From positions 425,269 through 489,268 of the forward strand of contig JAXHNK010000002.1 of NCBI GenBank assembly GCA_034520505.1: a DNA stretch of 64,000 bases. The letters run 5' to 3'. The DNA comes from Anaerolineales bacterium. Its GTDB lineage: Bacteria; Chloroflexota; Anaerolineae; Anaerolineales; UBA11858. The notes under the pieces are model-generated. The model made no database searches. It had not been told where the DNA came from and was given only the letters and a program-made list of their open reading frames with translations. Below, piece after piece: positions 9,437-18,176 of this stretch. A program made the position numbers and the translations under genes. The first letter of the stretch is position 1. Each line of letters begins with the position of its first letter.

Positions 9437-11476
9437 ATGGCTGCAGAACATACAGAACACAACCATCACCAGGACCCCGGAAGCGAACACGAGGATCATA
9501 AGGGTCACGGGGCGGACCACAGCGGGCACGAACAGCTTTTCCGCCAGCGATTCTGGTGGAGCACCCTGCTGAGCATCCCGGTGCTGGTTTACAGCCCGAC
9601 CATTCAAGGCTGGCTCGGTTTCAGCGCCCCCGCTTTTCCCGGCAGCCAGTACATCACCCTGCTGTTTTCCCTGCTTATCTTCTGGGTGGGCGGGATGCCA
9701 TTCCTGGAGATGGCCGTCCCGGAAATCAAAAACCGCCAACCGGGAATGATGACCCTGATCTCCCTGGCCTTGATCGTCGCCCTCACCTACAGCCTGGCCG
9801 CCCAGCTGTTCAACCTGGGAGAGGGTTTCTTCTGGGAGCTGGTGACGTTAATTGACGTCATGCTGCTCGGTCATTGGCTGGAAATGCGCTCCATCCGCCA
9901 GGCTTCCGGGGCTCTCCAGGAGCTGGCGAAGTTAATGCCTGATACCGCCAACCGGATCACAGAGGGCGGCGAAGTGGAAGAGATCCCCGCTTCCCGGATC
10001 AACCAGGGGGATCAGCTGCTCATCCGGCCCGGGGAGAGCGTCCCCGCGGATGGAGAGGTTTATGAGGGAAAATCCAGCCTTAACGAGTCGATGATCACCG
10101 GTGAATCCCAGCCGGTTTCCCGGGAGCCCGGCGATCAGGTGATCGCAGGGACGATCAACGGCGACGGCAGTTTGCGGATCCGGGTGACCGCTGTGGGAGA
10201 GGATACCGCCCTGGCAGGCATCATGCGGCTGGTGGATCAAGCCCAGGAGAGCAAATCCGAAACCCAGCTGCTGGCCGATCGTGCCGCCGGCTGGCTGTTC
10301 TATATCGCGGTCGGAGGGGCGGTCCTCACCGCCGCTGCCTGGCTGCTGGCGGTAGGATTTGACGTGCAGGTGGTCAAGCGGGTTGCCACCATGCTGGTGA
10401 TAGCCTGCCCGCATGCCCTGGGCCTGGCTGTACCGCTGGTGGTGGCGATCACCACCGCAAAAGGAGCCAGCAGCGGCATCCTGGTCAGGGACCGCCTGGC
10501 CCTGGAAGCCGCCCGGGACATCGATGTGGTAATCTTTGACAAAACCGGCACCCTGACTCAGGGGGAATTCGGGGTGGTCGAAATCCTCCAATCCGGGGAA
10601 GAGAGCAAGGATCAACTCCTGGAACTGGCCGCCGGGGTCGAGTATGATTCCGAACACCCCCTCGCCCGGGCGGTGGTCAGGGCTGCCGAAGAAAAAGATC
10701 TGACCCCGGCAGAAACCGCCAACTTCCAGGCCATCCAGGGCCGCGGAGTGCAGGCGGATATTGACGGGCAAACCTATCACCTGGGAGGTCCGCGGATGCT
10801 GGAACAGCTGGAAGTGGATCTTGGCGGAGAGGTTCAGGAATTTACCGACCGGTCGGCGGAAAAGGTCCGGACCGTCCTGTACCTGATCCGGGGAGAAAAA
10901 GTCCTGGGTGCGTTTGCCGTGGCGGACGTCATCCGTCCCGAAAGCAGTCAGGTGGTGCAGGAACTGCACGCCCTGGATATCGAGGTTGCCATGCTCACCG
11001 GGGACAGCGCAGAAGTGGCCCGGGCTGTCGGCGAAGAGCTGCACATCGACCAGGTCTTCTCCGAAGTGCTCCCGGAGCACAAGGACCAAAAAGTGGCCGA
11101 ACTTCAGGAACAGGGGCTGACCGTGGCCATGGTCGGGGATGGAGTTAATGACGCGCCGGCCCTGACCCGGGCGGACATCGGGATCGCTATTGGAGGGGGC
11201 ACGGACGTGGCCATTGAATCCGCCGGGCTGATCCTGGTCCGCAGCAACCCCCTGGACGTGATCAAGATCATCAAGCTCAGCAGTGCCAGCCACCGCAAAA
11301 TGGTGCAAAATTTATGGTGGGCGGCGGGTTACAACATCGTCGCCCTTCCCCTGGCAGCCGGCGTCCTGGCCCCGGTAGGGATCCTGCTCTCCCCGGCAGT
11401 AGGCGCCCTGCTGATGTCCCTGAGCACGGTGATCGTGGCCATCAACGCTCAGCTGCTGCGGGGTCTGAAACTCTGA
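9437..11476 (+). CDS. copB: Heavy-metal (copper) translocating P1B-type ATPase, CopB-like (CPH motif, His-rich N-terminus)
   Basis: 679 aa. His-rich N-terminus ([28 protein letters not shown]), TM CPH motif ([10 protein letters not shown]), DKTGTLT, TGES and GDGVNDAP. Confidence 0.9.
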   Translation: MAAEHTEHNHHQDPGSEHEDHKGHGADHSGHEQLFRQRFWWSTLLSIPVLVYSPTIQGWLGFSAPAFPGSQYITLLFSLLIFWVGGMPFLEMAVPEIKNRQPGMMTLISLALIVALTYSLAAQLFNLGEGFFWELVTLIDVMLLGHWLEMRSIRQASGALQELAKLMPDTANRITEGGEVEEIPASRINQGDQLLIRPGESVPADGEVYEGKSSLNESMITGESQPVSREPGDQVIAGTINGDGSLRIRVTAVGEDTALAGIMRLVDQAQESKSETQLLADRAAGWLFYIAVGGAVLTAAAWLLAVGFDVQVVKRVATMLVIACPHALGLAVPLVVAITTAKGASSGILVRDRLALEAARDIDVVIFDKTGTLTQGEFGVVEILQSGEESKDQLLELAAGVEYDSEHPLARAVVRAAEEKDLTPAETANFQAIQGRGVQADIDGQTYHLGGPRMLEQLEVDLGGEVQEFTDRSAEKVRTVLYLIRGEKVLGAFAVADVIRPESSQVVQELHALDIEVAMLTGDSAEVARAVGEELHIDQVFSEVLPEHKDQKVAELQEQGLTVAMVGDGVNDAPALTRADIGIAIGGGTDVAIESAGLILVRSNPLDVIKIIKLSSASHRKMVQNLWWAAGYNIVALPLAAGVLAPVGILLSPAVGALLMSLSTVIVAINAQLLRGLKL

Positions 11477-11504
11477 CCTCCGCCGGTAATAAAGACCCGG
11501 GAGA

Positions 11505-11545
11505 ATCTTTACAGGACCTTTAACCGTTCTTCATCCCGCCTTCAA
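11505..11545 (+). promoter_or_regulatory. Array of four hexamers phased at 11 bp (CTTTAC, CTTTAA, CTTCAT, CTTCAA); candidate response-regulator binding site, copy 1
   Basis: Hexamers start at 11507, 11518, 11529 and 11540. The same ordered array recurs at 13685-13723. Neither copy is palindromic. Confidence 0.5.
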
Positions 11546-11611
11546 GATCAAGCCGTACACTGGTCTTAATTTCCCCCTCGTTGAAGCCCCCGTTCGGGAA
11601 CCAGCGCCCGG

Positions 11612-11647
11612 GCGGACGGCGGGGCGGGCGGACGGCGGGGCGGGCGG
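11612..11647 (+). repeat. Perfect tandem duplication of the 16-nt unit GCGGACGGCGGGGCGG plus a partial third unit; G-quadruplex-prone
   Basis: 11612-11627 equals 11628-11643 exactly, followed by GCGG. G3-4 tracts lie at 11610, 11621, 11626, 11637, 11642 and 11646. Confidence 0.8.
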
Positions 11648-11845
11648 GAGGTGTCCCGGCGGCACAGCGGGATCAACCGCCCTTTTCAACCGACCCCGGG
11701 GACGTTCCCGCCGCATCCATGAGGAAAATTTTATTGCGATCCGTGAGGAGTAATCCTTTCCCGGTCGATGAAATCGTTTACAATGAAACCAGCTCTCTCC
11801 CCCCGGGGTGCACCTGCGCCCCACCCATAATCAGTTGAGGTATCC

Positions 11846-12529
11846 ATGGCACCCGCAACCATCCTGGTCATCGATGATGAACCCAGCATCCTGAACCTGA
11901 TCCAATCTTATCTCCAGGCGGAGAATTTTGAAGTCCTGACCGCCAGGGATGGGCGGGAAGGGTTGACCGCCGCAAAGACTCATCAGCCTGACCTGGTCAT
12001 CCTCGATATCATGCTCCCCGGGATGGACGGCATCCAGGTGCTGCAGGAGCTGCGGCGGGATTCCGATGTGTATGTGATCATGCTCACGGCCAAGACCGAA
12101 GAGACCGACCGGGTGATCGGCCTTTCGGTGGGGGCGGATGATTATGTGACCAAGCCCTTCAGCCCCCGGGAGCTGGTCGCCCGGGTCAAGGCTGCCCTGC
12201 GGAGGATCCAGGGGACGAGGTCCACCCCCCGCCCTGAGATCTGGTCGTTCCGGGATCTCACTATTGATATCAGCGGGCGCCAGGTGCGGCTCGATGACCA
12301 GCCGGTGGACCTGACTTCCACCGAGTTTGATATATTGCAGGCTCTGGTGGAACACCGCGGGATGGTGCTCAGCCGGGAACAGCTGACGGAAAAAGTGTGG
12401 GGGAACGATTTTTACGGCGAGCTGCGGGTGGTTGATGTCCATATCGGCCACATCCGCCAGAAAATCGGGGAAGAATTCATCGCCACCGTCCGCGGCGTGG
12501 GTTATCGTTTTCAGGCGGAGGATCAATAA
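11846..12529 (+). CDS. OmpR/PhoB-family response regulator (receiver plus winged-helix DNA-binding domain)
   Basis: 227 aa. ILVIDDE...DLVILDIMLPGMDG...KPF receiver, and a C-terminal LTSTEFDILQAL...VRGVGYRF. Confidence 0.9.
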   Translation: MAPATILVIDDEPSILNLIQSYLQAENFEVLTARDGREGLTAAKTHQPDLVILDIMLPGMDGIQVLQELRRDSDVYVIMLTAKTEETDRVIGLSVGADDYVTKPFSPRELVARVKAALRRIQGTRSTPRPEIWSFRDLTIDISGRQVRLDDQPVDLTSTEFDILQALVEHRGMVLSREQLTEKVWGNDFYGELRVVDVHIGHIRQKIGEEFIATVRGVGYRFQAEDQ

Positions 12530-13671
12530 TGCTTGACAGGGTTCGCAGTCATCTCGGCTGGAAGATTTTCCTTTCTTATCTGTTTGTGATCATCTCCGGA
12601 GCGGCTGTGCTCATCCTGGCAGCTGAACTGGCGATCCCCACGTCCTTCGATCGTCATATGGCCGGGATGAGTGAAATGATGGGCGGGATGATGGAATCCA
12701 CACCCGGCAGACCGAACCTCAGCAGCTCCCTGTTTACCAGTTATCGGACCGCGGTCCGGGAAGCGGTGACCTGGGCGGCGCTGGCTGCTGTCCTGGTCGC
12801 CGGCCTGGTCAGTTTGCTGATCAGCCGGCGGGTGATCCGGCCGGTAAAAGAAATGATGCAGGCCAGCCAGCATATCGCCAAAGGCAATTATCAGGAGCGG
12901 GTGAGCATTCCCGGCGATCCCCTCAGCGCCGATGAATTGTCCCAGCTGGCCATCAGCTTCAACCGCATGGCGGAACAGCTGGAAAAAACTGAAACCAAGC
13001 GCCGGCAGCTGATCGGGGATGTGACGCATGAACTGCGCACCCCCCTGACCACGATCAAAGGCTCCCTGGAAGGGCTGGTCGACGGTGTGCTCACCCAGGA
13101 ACCAGGCACCTACGAACAGATCCACCGGGAGGCCGAACGGCTTTCCAGGTTGGTGGACGATCTCCAACAAATCTCCCGGGTGGAAGCAGAAGCTTATTCC
13201 TTAGACCCCCAGCCCGTCCCGGTGCGGGACCTGCTGGACACGGTCCGGGAACGGCTGGAAATCCAATTCCGGGAAAAAGGAGTAGACCTCGAGTTCCACA
13301 TCCCCGGAGACCTTCCTCCGGCGCTGGCAGACGATCAGCGGATGGAACAGGTGTTGATCAACATCATCGGCAACGCGCTGCAGTATACGCCGCAGGGGGA
13401 AAACGTCCGGGTTTCGGTCACCCGGCAGAAGGGTGCTCTGAAGTTTTCCGTGCAGGATAACGGGATCGGCATCGCCCCCGAGCACCTGGCCCATATCTTC
13501 ACCAGGTTTTACCGGGTGGACAAATCTCGCTCCCGGGCCAGCGGGGGATCCGGCATCGGCCTGACGATCGCCAAACACCTGGTGGAAGCCCACGGGGGAA
13601 CGATCCAGGCGGAAAGCCCCGGCCCGGATCAGGGGAGCACGTTTACCTTCACCCTGCCGACCGCGGGTTAA
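12529..13671 (+). CDS. Sensor histidine kinase (2 TM, HAMP, HisKA, HATPase_c) with a Met/His-rich extracytoplasmic loop; putative Cu/Ag sensor
   Basis: 380 aa. H-box VTHELRTPL, N-box NIIGNALQYT, G-boxes DNGIGI and GGSGIGL. The start overlaps the regulator stop (TAATG). Confidence 0.9.
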   Translation: MLDRVRSHLGWKIFLSYLFVIISGAAVLILAAELAIPTSFDRHMAGMSEMMGGMMESTPGRPNLSSSLFTSYRTAVREAVTWAALAAVLVAGLVSLLISRRVIRPVKEMMQASQHIAKGNYQERVSIPGDPLSADELSQLAISFNRMAEQLEKTETKRRQLIGDVTHELRTPLTTIKGSLEGLVDGVLTQEPGTYEQIHREAERLSRLVDDLQQISRVEAEAYSLDPQPVPVRDLLDTVRERLEIQFREKGVDLEFHIPGDLPPALADDQRMEQVLINIIGNALQYTPQGENVRVSVTRQKGALKFSVQDNGIGIAPEHLAHIFTRFYRVDKSRSRASGGSGIGLTIAKHLVEAHGGTIQAESPGPDQGSTFTFTLPTAG

Positions 13672-13682
13672 ACCCCCGGCGG

Positions 13683-13723
13683 ATCTTTACCAGATCTTTA
13701 AACTCCCTTTAAAGGATCTTCAA
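13683..13723 (+). promoter_or_regulatory. Array of four hexamers phased at 11 bp (CTTTAC, CTTTAA, CTTTAA, CTTCAA); candidate response-regulator binding site, copy 2
   Basis: Hexamers start at 13685, 13696, 13707 and 13718, about 70 nt upstream of the first SHOCT gene. The array aligns position by position with 11505-11545. Confidence 0.5.
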
Positions 13724-13792
13724 CAATTCCAGGTATCCTTTAAGTATCAATAAGTCAATTACTGCCTAGAAACAGGCAAGGAGGAAAAGATT

Positions 13793-14092
13793 ATGGGACA
13801 CTCTTTTTGGGGAAGATGGGGCGGATGCTGCGGCGGCAGACTCTGGAATCTAACGGGAATGGGTTTTCTGGGGCCGCTGCTGGGCCTGCTGTTCAGCATT
13901 CTGCTGATCATCGGGATCGCCTGGCTGGTTATCTGGCTGATCCGGAGGACCGCTGACACAGGCGCCGGAGGATCTGGCAGTTCAGGCACTTCCAGCAAAT
14001 TAACCGCAGCCCAGGAAATACTCAAACAGCGCTACGCCCGGGGTGAAATCTCCCGCGAAGAATACCGGGAAATCCTGGGAGATTTAAAATGA
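13793..14092 (+). CDS. SHOCT-domain membrane protein (N-terminal His/Cys-Cys motif, 1 TM)
   Basis: AAGGAGG lies upstream of ATG 13793. C-terminal SHOCT signature ILKQRYARGEISREEYREILGDLK, TM helix LLFSILLIIGIAWLVIWLI, and N-terminal MGHSFWGRWGGCCGG. Confidence 0.7.
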   Translation: MGHSFWGRWGGCCGGRLWNLTGMGFLGPLLGLLFSILLIIGIAWLVIWLIRRTADTGAGGSGSSGTSSKLTAAQEILKQRYARGEISREEYREILGDLK

Positions 14093-14129
14093 AGCATAAC
14101 TTCTTTACCAGTAGTTTGAAGGAGGATCG

Positions 14130-14351
14130 ATGATGATGGGTTTTGGTTTGATCGGTATTTTGCTCCTCTTCGGTTTTTTCTACTTCCTGATGGAGCGGAA
14201 CGCGCCGAATTTTAGCAGCCGCTACCGGCACGACGGGAATCTTCCCACCGGGGAACATGAGCAGAGCGCCCTGGACATTCTCAAACAGCGTTATGCCCGG
14301 GGAGAAATCACCCGCGAAGAGTATCAAAACATTAAACAAGATCTGGGGTGA
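14130..14351 (+). CDS. SHOCT-domain membrane protein (paralog of the preceding gene)
   Basis: GAAGGAGG lies upstream of ATG 14130. One TM helix, and the SHOCT signature ILKQRYARGEITREEYQNIKQDLG. Confidence 0.7.
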   Translation: MMMGFGLIGILLLFGFFYFLMERNAPNFSSRYRHDGNLPTGEHEQSALDILKQRYARGEITREEYQNIKQDLG

Positions 14352-14377
14352 AGGTTCATCCCGGATCATCCTTAATC

Positions 14378-14416
14378 AAAAAAGCCGACCTCTGGAAGCA
14401 GGGGCCGGCTTTTTTC
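14378..14416. terminator. Bidirectional rho-independent terminator between convergent genes
   Basis: An A-tract, then stem AGCCGACC/GGCCGGCT (one mismatch) with a 12-nt loop, then TTTTTT. It sits between the SHOCT gene (+) and pruA (-). Confidence 0.55.
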
Positions 14417-14444
14417 TCTGTCATTACCCAGCGGGTTTCCCGTT

Positions 14445-16016
14445 CTATTTAATCACCGTCCGCACCTGCTCCTGCATATAGCGCTGGAGGTAATGAGGAC
14501 CACCGGCGTTGACCCCGGTGGAACCGCTGGCCTTCCAGCCGCCGAAAGGCTGGTAACCGGGCCAGGCTCCGGAAGTCGAACCCTGAGGGCGGTTGACATA
14601 ATTTACGCCTGCCTGAATGTTCTCCAGAAACCAAGTGGATTCTTCCTCGTTCCCGTAAAATCCCGCGGTCAGCCCGTAGCGAGAATCATTGGCCAGCTCC
14701 ACACCCTGGTTCAGGTTTTCTACGGGATGAACCAGGGTGATGGGCAGGAACATCTCCTCTTTCCACAACCGGTGATCCAGGGGGACATCGGCTGCCAGCG
14801 TGGGTTCGACAAAAAATCCATCAGCATAATCCCCCCGGGTGAGCGCCTTCCCTCCGGTGAGGATCGTGCCGGCCCGGGCCAGTTCCGCGGTATACGCCTG
14901 ATAGTCGCGTAACGGACCGCCAGAGATCACCGGCCCGAGATAAGTATCCCGTTCACCGGGATCCCCGATGACCAATTTTTCGGTTTCCTCGACCAAACGT
15001 TCGACCACCCGGTCATAAACCGGCTCTTCCAGATAAACCCGGGAATTGGCGGAGCATTTCTGTCCCTGCAGGCCAAAGGCCGACCGGACGATTCCCGCAA
15101 CCGCTCGATCCAGATCCGCGTTCCGGGAGACGACAGCCGGGTTCTTTCCCCCCAGCTCCAGGATCACCGGATGGACATATTCCCGCCGAGCGAACTGCCG
15201 GTAAATGCTCATTCCCACCTGATAAGAGCCGGTGAACGTGACCCCGTCCACCCCCGGGTGATCAACCAGTGCCTGGCCGAGCACGCTGCCTGATCCGGTG
15301 ACGAAATTCACCACCCCCGGGGGAAAACCGGCGTCCCGGAAGGCTTCAGCCAGCAGACGCACACTCCAGGAGGTGGCTGCAGCGGGTTTCATCACCACCG
15401 TATTACCCGCAGCCAGGGCTGCCGCCACCGGCCCTCCGGTCAGGGCGGTCGGGAAATTGAAAGGGCTGATGACCAGCCAGACACCATAAGGCCGCAGCAG
15501 GGAATAATTAACCGCCTGATAACCCTCCAAGGGGTCTTCTCCCATCCGCTGGATGAAACCTTCATTCTCCTCCAGCTGAGCGACTGTGTAGCGGATCAAC
15601 GCCGGGGCTTCGGCCACATCACCCAGCGCTTCCAACCGGTTCTTGCCTACCTCCAGAGTGGTCACCGCGGCCATTTCAAAAACCCGTTCTTCAATTAAAT
15701 CGGCGGCCGTCCTCAAGAGTTCAGCCCTTTCCTGCCAGGGGGTGATGCTCCAGGAGCGGAAAGCGCGGCGGGCGGCGGTCACCGCCCGGTCAGCATGCTC
15801 CGGGCTTCCCTTGGGGAAAGTTCCCAGCAGTTGATCGCGGCGGGCGGGGTTATATTCTTTAAAAACACCTTCCGCCCACACATCTTCACCGTTGATGATC
15901 ATCCCGTGATCCCCTTCCAGCTCGGAGATCTTTTTCTCCAGGGCCTGCTCATAACGGGTGTGCAGTTCCTCGGGAGGGTTGAACATGGTGGCATATGTTA
16001 ATTCAAAATTGCTCAT
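14445..16016 (-). CDS. pruA: L-glutamate gamma-semialdehyde (1-pyrroline-5-carboxylate) dehydrogenase, RocA/PruA type aldehyde dehydrogenase
   Basis: 523 aa. ALDH motifs FNFPTA, ELGGKNP and catalytic GQKCSA. The C-terminal GYQPFGGWKASGS...GGPHYL resembles Bacillus RocA. Confidence 0.8.
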   Translation of the reverse strand: MSNFELTYATMFNPPEELHTRYEQALEKKISELEGDHGMIINGEDVWAEGVFKEYNPARRDQLLGTFPKGSPEHADRAVTAARRAFRSWSITPWQERAELLRTAADLIEERVFEMAAVTTLEVGKNRLEALGDVAEAPALIRYTVAQLEENEGFIQRMGEDPLEGYQAVNYSLLRPYGVWLVISPFNFPTALTGGPVAAALAAGNTVVMKPAAATSWSVRLLAEAFRDAGFPPGVVNFVTGSGSVLGQALVDHPGVDGVTFTGSYQVGMSIYRQFARREYVHPVILELGGKNPAVVSRNADLDRAVAGIVRSAFGLQGQKCSANSRVYLEEPVYDRVVERLVEETEKLVIGDPGERDTYLGPVISGGPLRDYQAYTAELARAGTILTGGKALTRGDYADGFFVEPTLAADVPLDHRLWKEEMFLPITLVHPVENLNQGVELANDSRYGLTAGFYGNEEESTWFLENIQAGVNYVNRPQGSTSGAWPGYQPFGGWKASGSTGVNAGGPHYLQRYMQEQVRTVIK

Positions 16017-16160
16017 AAGAAAGAGAAACCTCCTGTAATCGGTCCCTGAAATTAAATCCGTGTTGATTAAACCTTAGACGGGGTCTGAGCAGATTATCTT
16101 TCCTCCCTCAAATTGACTGGGGGCATACCAGCCGGGGGTCACCGGGGACCCCGGTCGTTT

Positions 16161-16718
16161 TCACAACCCCAGAGTCTCGGCCTGATCCTTCATGGATTCC
16201 AACACCAGTCCGATAAATTGTTCCAGGGGGAGGTTCAGCTGATCTTCACAGCGGAGGATCTTGTCCCGGTCCGCCCCGGCAGCAAAAGAGCTGGAAGCGA
16301 ATTTTTTCAGCACGGAATCAACCGAAACCCCTGCCAGCTTGGTGGGATGGACCAGGGCGACAGCCACGATCAGCCCGGTGAGGTCATCGCAGCTGAGCAG
16401 CGACCATTCCATCAGCGACTCGGGATGGACACCCGTGTACTGGTAGTTATGGGATTGGACTGCCCGGATGATCTCTTCCGGGACATCCCGATCCCTCAGC
16501 TCCCGGCTGATGACCAAGGTGTGCTCCTCCGGGGTGTCCCGGGTTTTTTCATAATCCGCGTCATGAAGCAAACCGACAATCTCCCAGCGGTCCGGATCGC
16601 GCTCAAAGTAATCCGCCAACCCCCGCATGGCAGCTCCCACAGCGTAGTGATGCTTGCGGAGGTTCTCATTCTTGATGTTTTCATGTAATATTTCCCGGGC
16701 CTGTTTCCTGTCTATCAT
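16161..16718 (-). CDS. HD-domain metal-dependent phosphohydrolase
   Basis: The start is placed at ATG 16718, preceded by GGAAGGAGGAAGAG. Motifs HHYAVGAAM...LLHDADY are present. Confidence 0.75.
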   Translation of the reverse strand: MIDRKQAREILHENIKNENLRKHHYAVGAAMRGLADYFERDPDRWEIVGLLHDADYEKTRDTPEEHTLVISRELRDRDVPEEIIRAVQSHNYQYTGVHPESLMEWSLLSCDDLTGLIVAVALVHPTKLAGVSVDSVLKKFASSSFAAGADRDKILRCEDQLNLPLEQFIGLVLESMKDQAETLGL

Positions 16719-16827
16719 CTCTTCCTCCTTCCAAATCCTGCGGCTGTCCGGCCGCGCTCTTCCTGTTCCATCCCCTTGTACCCCGGGGTACCGCCGTCTG
16801 CCCATCCTGGAATGCGGAGCCCGGGCG

Positions 16828-18081
16828 TTATTCCGCCAGGGCGAACAACCAATCCAAATCCGCCTTTCCCTCCAGGGCCGGCGAGAGCCGCAAATCCCCG
16901 GCCTGAAGATAATTCAAAAAATCCAGCAGGCAGCGCTCCAAAGCAGATTTCATCGCCGCGGAAGGCTTAACTCCCTGCTCCCACCACCAGTTCTTCACCT
17001 GGAAAACGCCCTGACCGCGGTCCAGGCCGGGTTCAAACCGCCCGATAAAACGATCACCATAAAGCACAGGGAGCACATAATAGCCGTACTCCCGGTCTTT
17101 TTCCGGCTTATACACCTCCCAGACATACTGGAAATCAAAGATCCATTCCACCGCCTGCCGGTCCCAGAGCAGCGGATCCAGGGGGGCGATCACGGCGGCT
17201 TCAGGCCCGGGAAGCCCCTCCGCTTCCACCGCCCTCAACAATTCCAGGTCTTCTGTCCGGAGATAAAATTCCCCCCGGGGGATACCTTCAACCTCCACCG
17301 GAATCACCTGCCCTTCCCCGGCCAGGCTGGTCAGCAGCCGGCGGCGGCGGGCGGTTTTCACCCCTTCAATCCCGCTCCAGTGGACGCCGGCATGGGGATG
17401 AGCCAGCTTCAGGGAGGACAGGCGCCGGAGGATGTGCCACTTCTGATACTCCTCGGACTCAGGATGGGGATCCGGGGTTTGCAAAACCGAGGCGGGAAGC
17501 AAACGTTCAATCAGGTCGAAATAACGCCGGTTGTTCACCCGGTGATGCACGCCCAACCTGCCCATCTTGTACAAGCCCTCCAGCGCTGCCCGGGCGGCGC
17601 GGGTGGTGCCCCAGGCCCAGTCAGCCTTTCCCGGGATGTCAAGATCCAGGGAAGATAACGGCCCCCGCTCGCGGATTTCCGCTGTAATCCGGGGCTCCAG
17701 CTCCCTGACCACCTCCCCCGGGGCCCCGAACCGCGACTCCATCCGAGAGCGGTGGCGGGAAAAATACGGCCAATCTTCGATCGGATAGAGGGATGCCATC
17801 TTATCCCAGCCGTCCCACAGCTTCCTGTCCTCGTACAGCAGTTCGTTTATCATCCAGGGCCGATAATCGCCCACCCGGGACTGCAGGACCAGGTCGGGGT
17901 TTCTGCCTACAATGTTAATGGGATCAAACTGCAGGGACTGTGTGTTCCGGATGGTTTTCATCACCCCGGACTTGCCGCTTTCCTGGCGCGGGGGACATAA
18001 TCTCTGAGCCGCCGCCAAAAACTGACACGCGGTCTGCCGGGAGATCAGCACCGGGGCTGGTTCTGGGCTGCTGCTGGACAT
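16828..18081 (-). CDS. Winged-helix DNA-binding protein of the YcaQ/AlkZ-like (interstrand-crosslink DNA glycosylase) family
   Basis: 417 aa. The family-typical YGYYVLPVLYGDRFIGRFEP block is present. GAGGA lies upstream of the ATG. Confidence 0.65.
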   Translation of the reverse strand: MSSSSPEPAPVLISRQTACQFLAAAQRLCPPRQESGKSGVMKTIRNTQSLQFDPINIVGRNPDLVLQSRVGDYRPWMINELLYEDRKLWDGWDKMASLYPIEDWPYFSRHRSRMESRFGAPGEVVRELEPRITAEIRERGPLSSLDLDIPGKADWAWGTTRAARAALEGLYKMGRLGVHHRVNNRRYFDLIERLLPASVLQTPDPHPESEEYQKWHILRRLSSLKLAHPHAGVHWSGIEGVKTARRRRLLTSLAGEGQVIPVEVEGIPRGEFYLRTEDLELLRAVEAEGLPGPEAAVIAPLDPLLWDRQAVEWIFDFQYVWEVYKPEKDREYGYYVLPVLYGDRFIGRFEPGLDRGQGVFQVKNWWWEQGVKPSAAMKSALERCLLDFLNYLQAGDLRLSPALEGKADLDWLFALAE

Positions 18082-18176
18082 CTTTTATCCTCGGATAGGG
18101 TCAACGAAATCTCATTGTATCATCGGATCATCGAGGAATCTGGCGCAGCACCGGGACATTCCCGGAGCTGGGCTGT

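Noticed and set aside
9932-11308. A 458-aa ORF antisense to copB. Similar long antisense or out-of-frame ORFs include 1438..1980-, 5053..5946-, 6915..7751-, 11831..12526-, 16654..17658+, 19705..20727-, 32123..32941+, 43700..44404- and 46121..47146-.
   Set aside because: Each lies entirely inside a well-supported gene on the other strand or frame. Their composition is extreme in Arg/Pro/Gly/His and they lack SD sequences. These are typical stop-poor shadow frames of GC-rich DNA.
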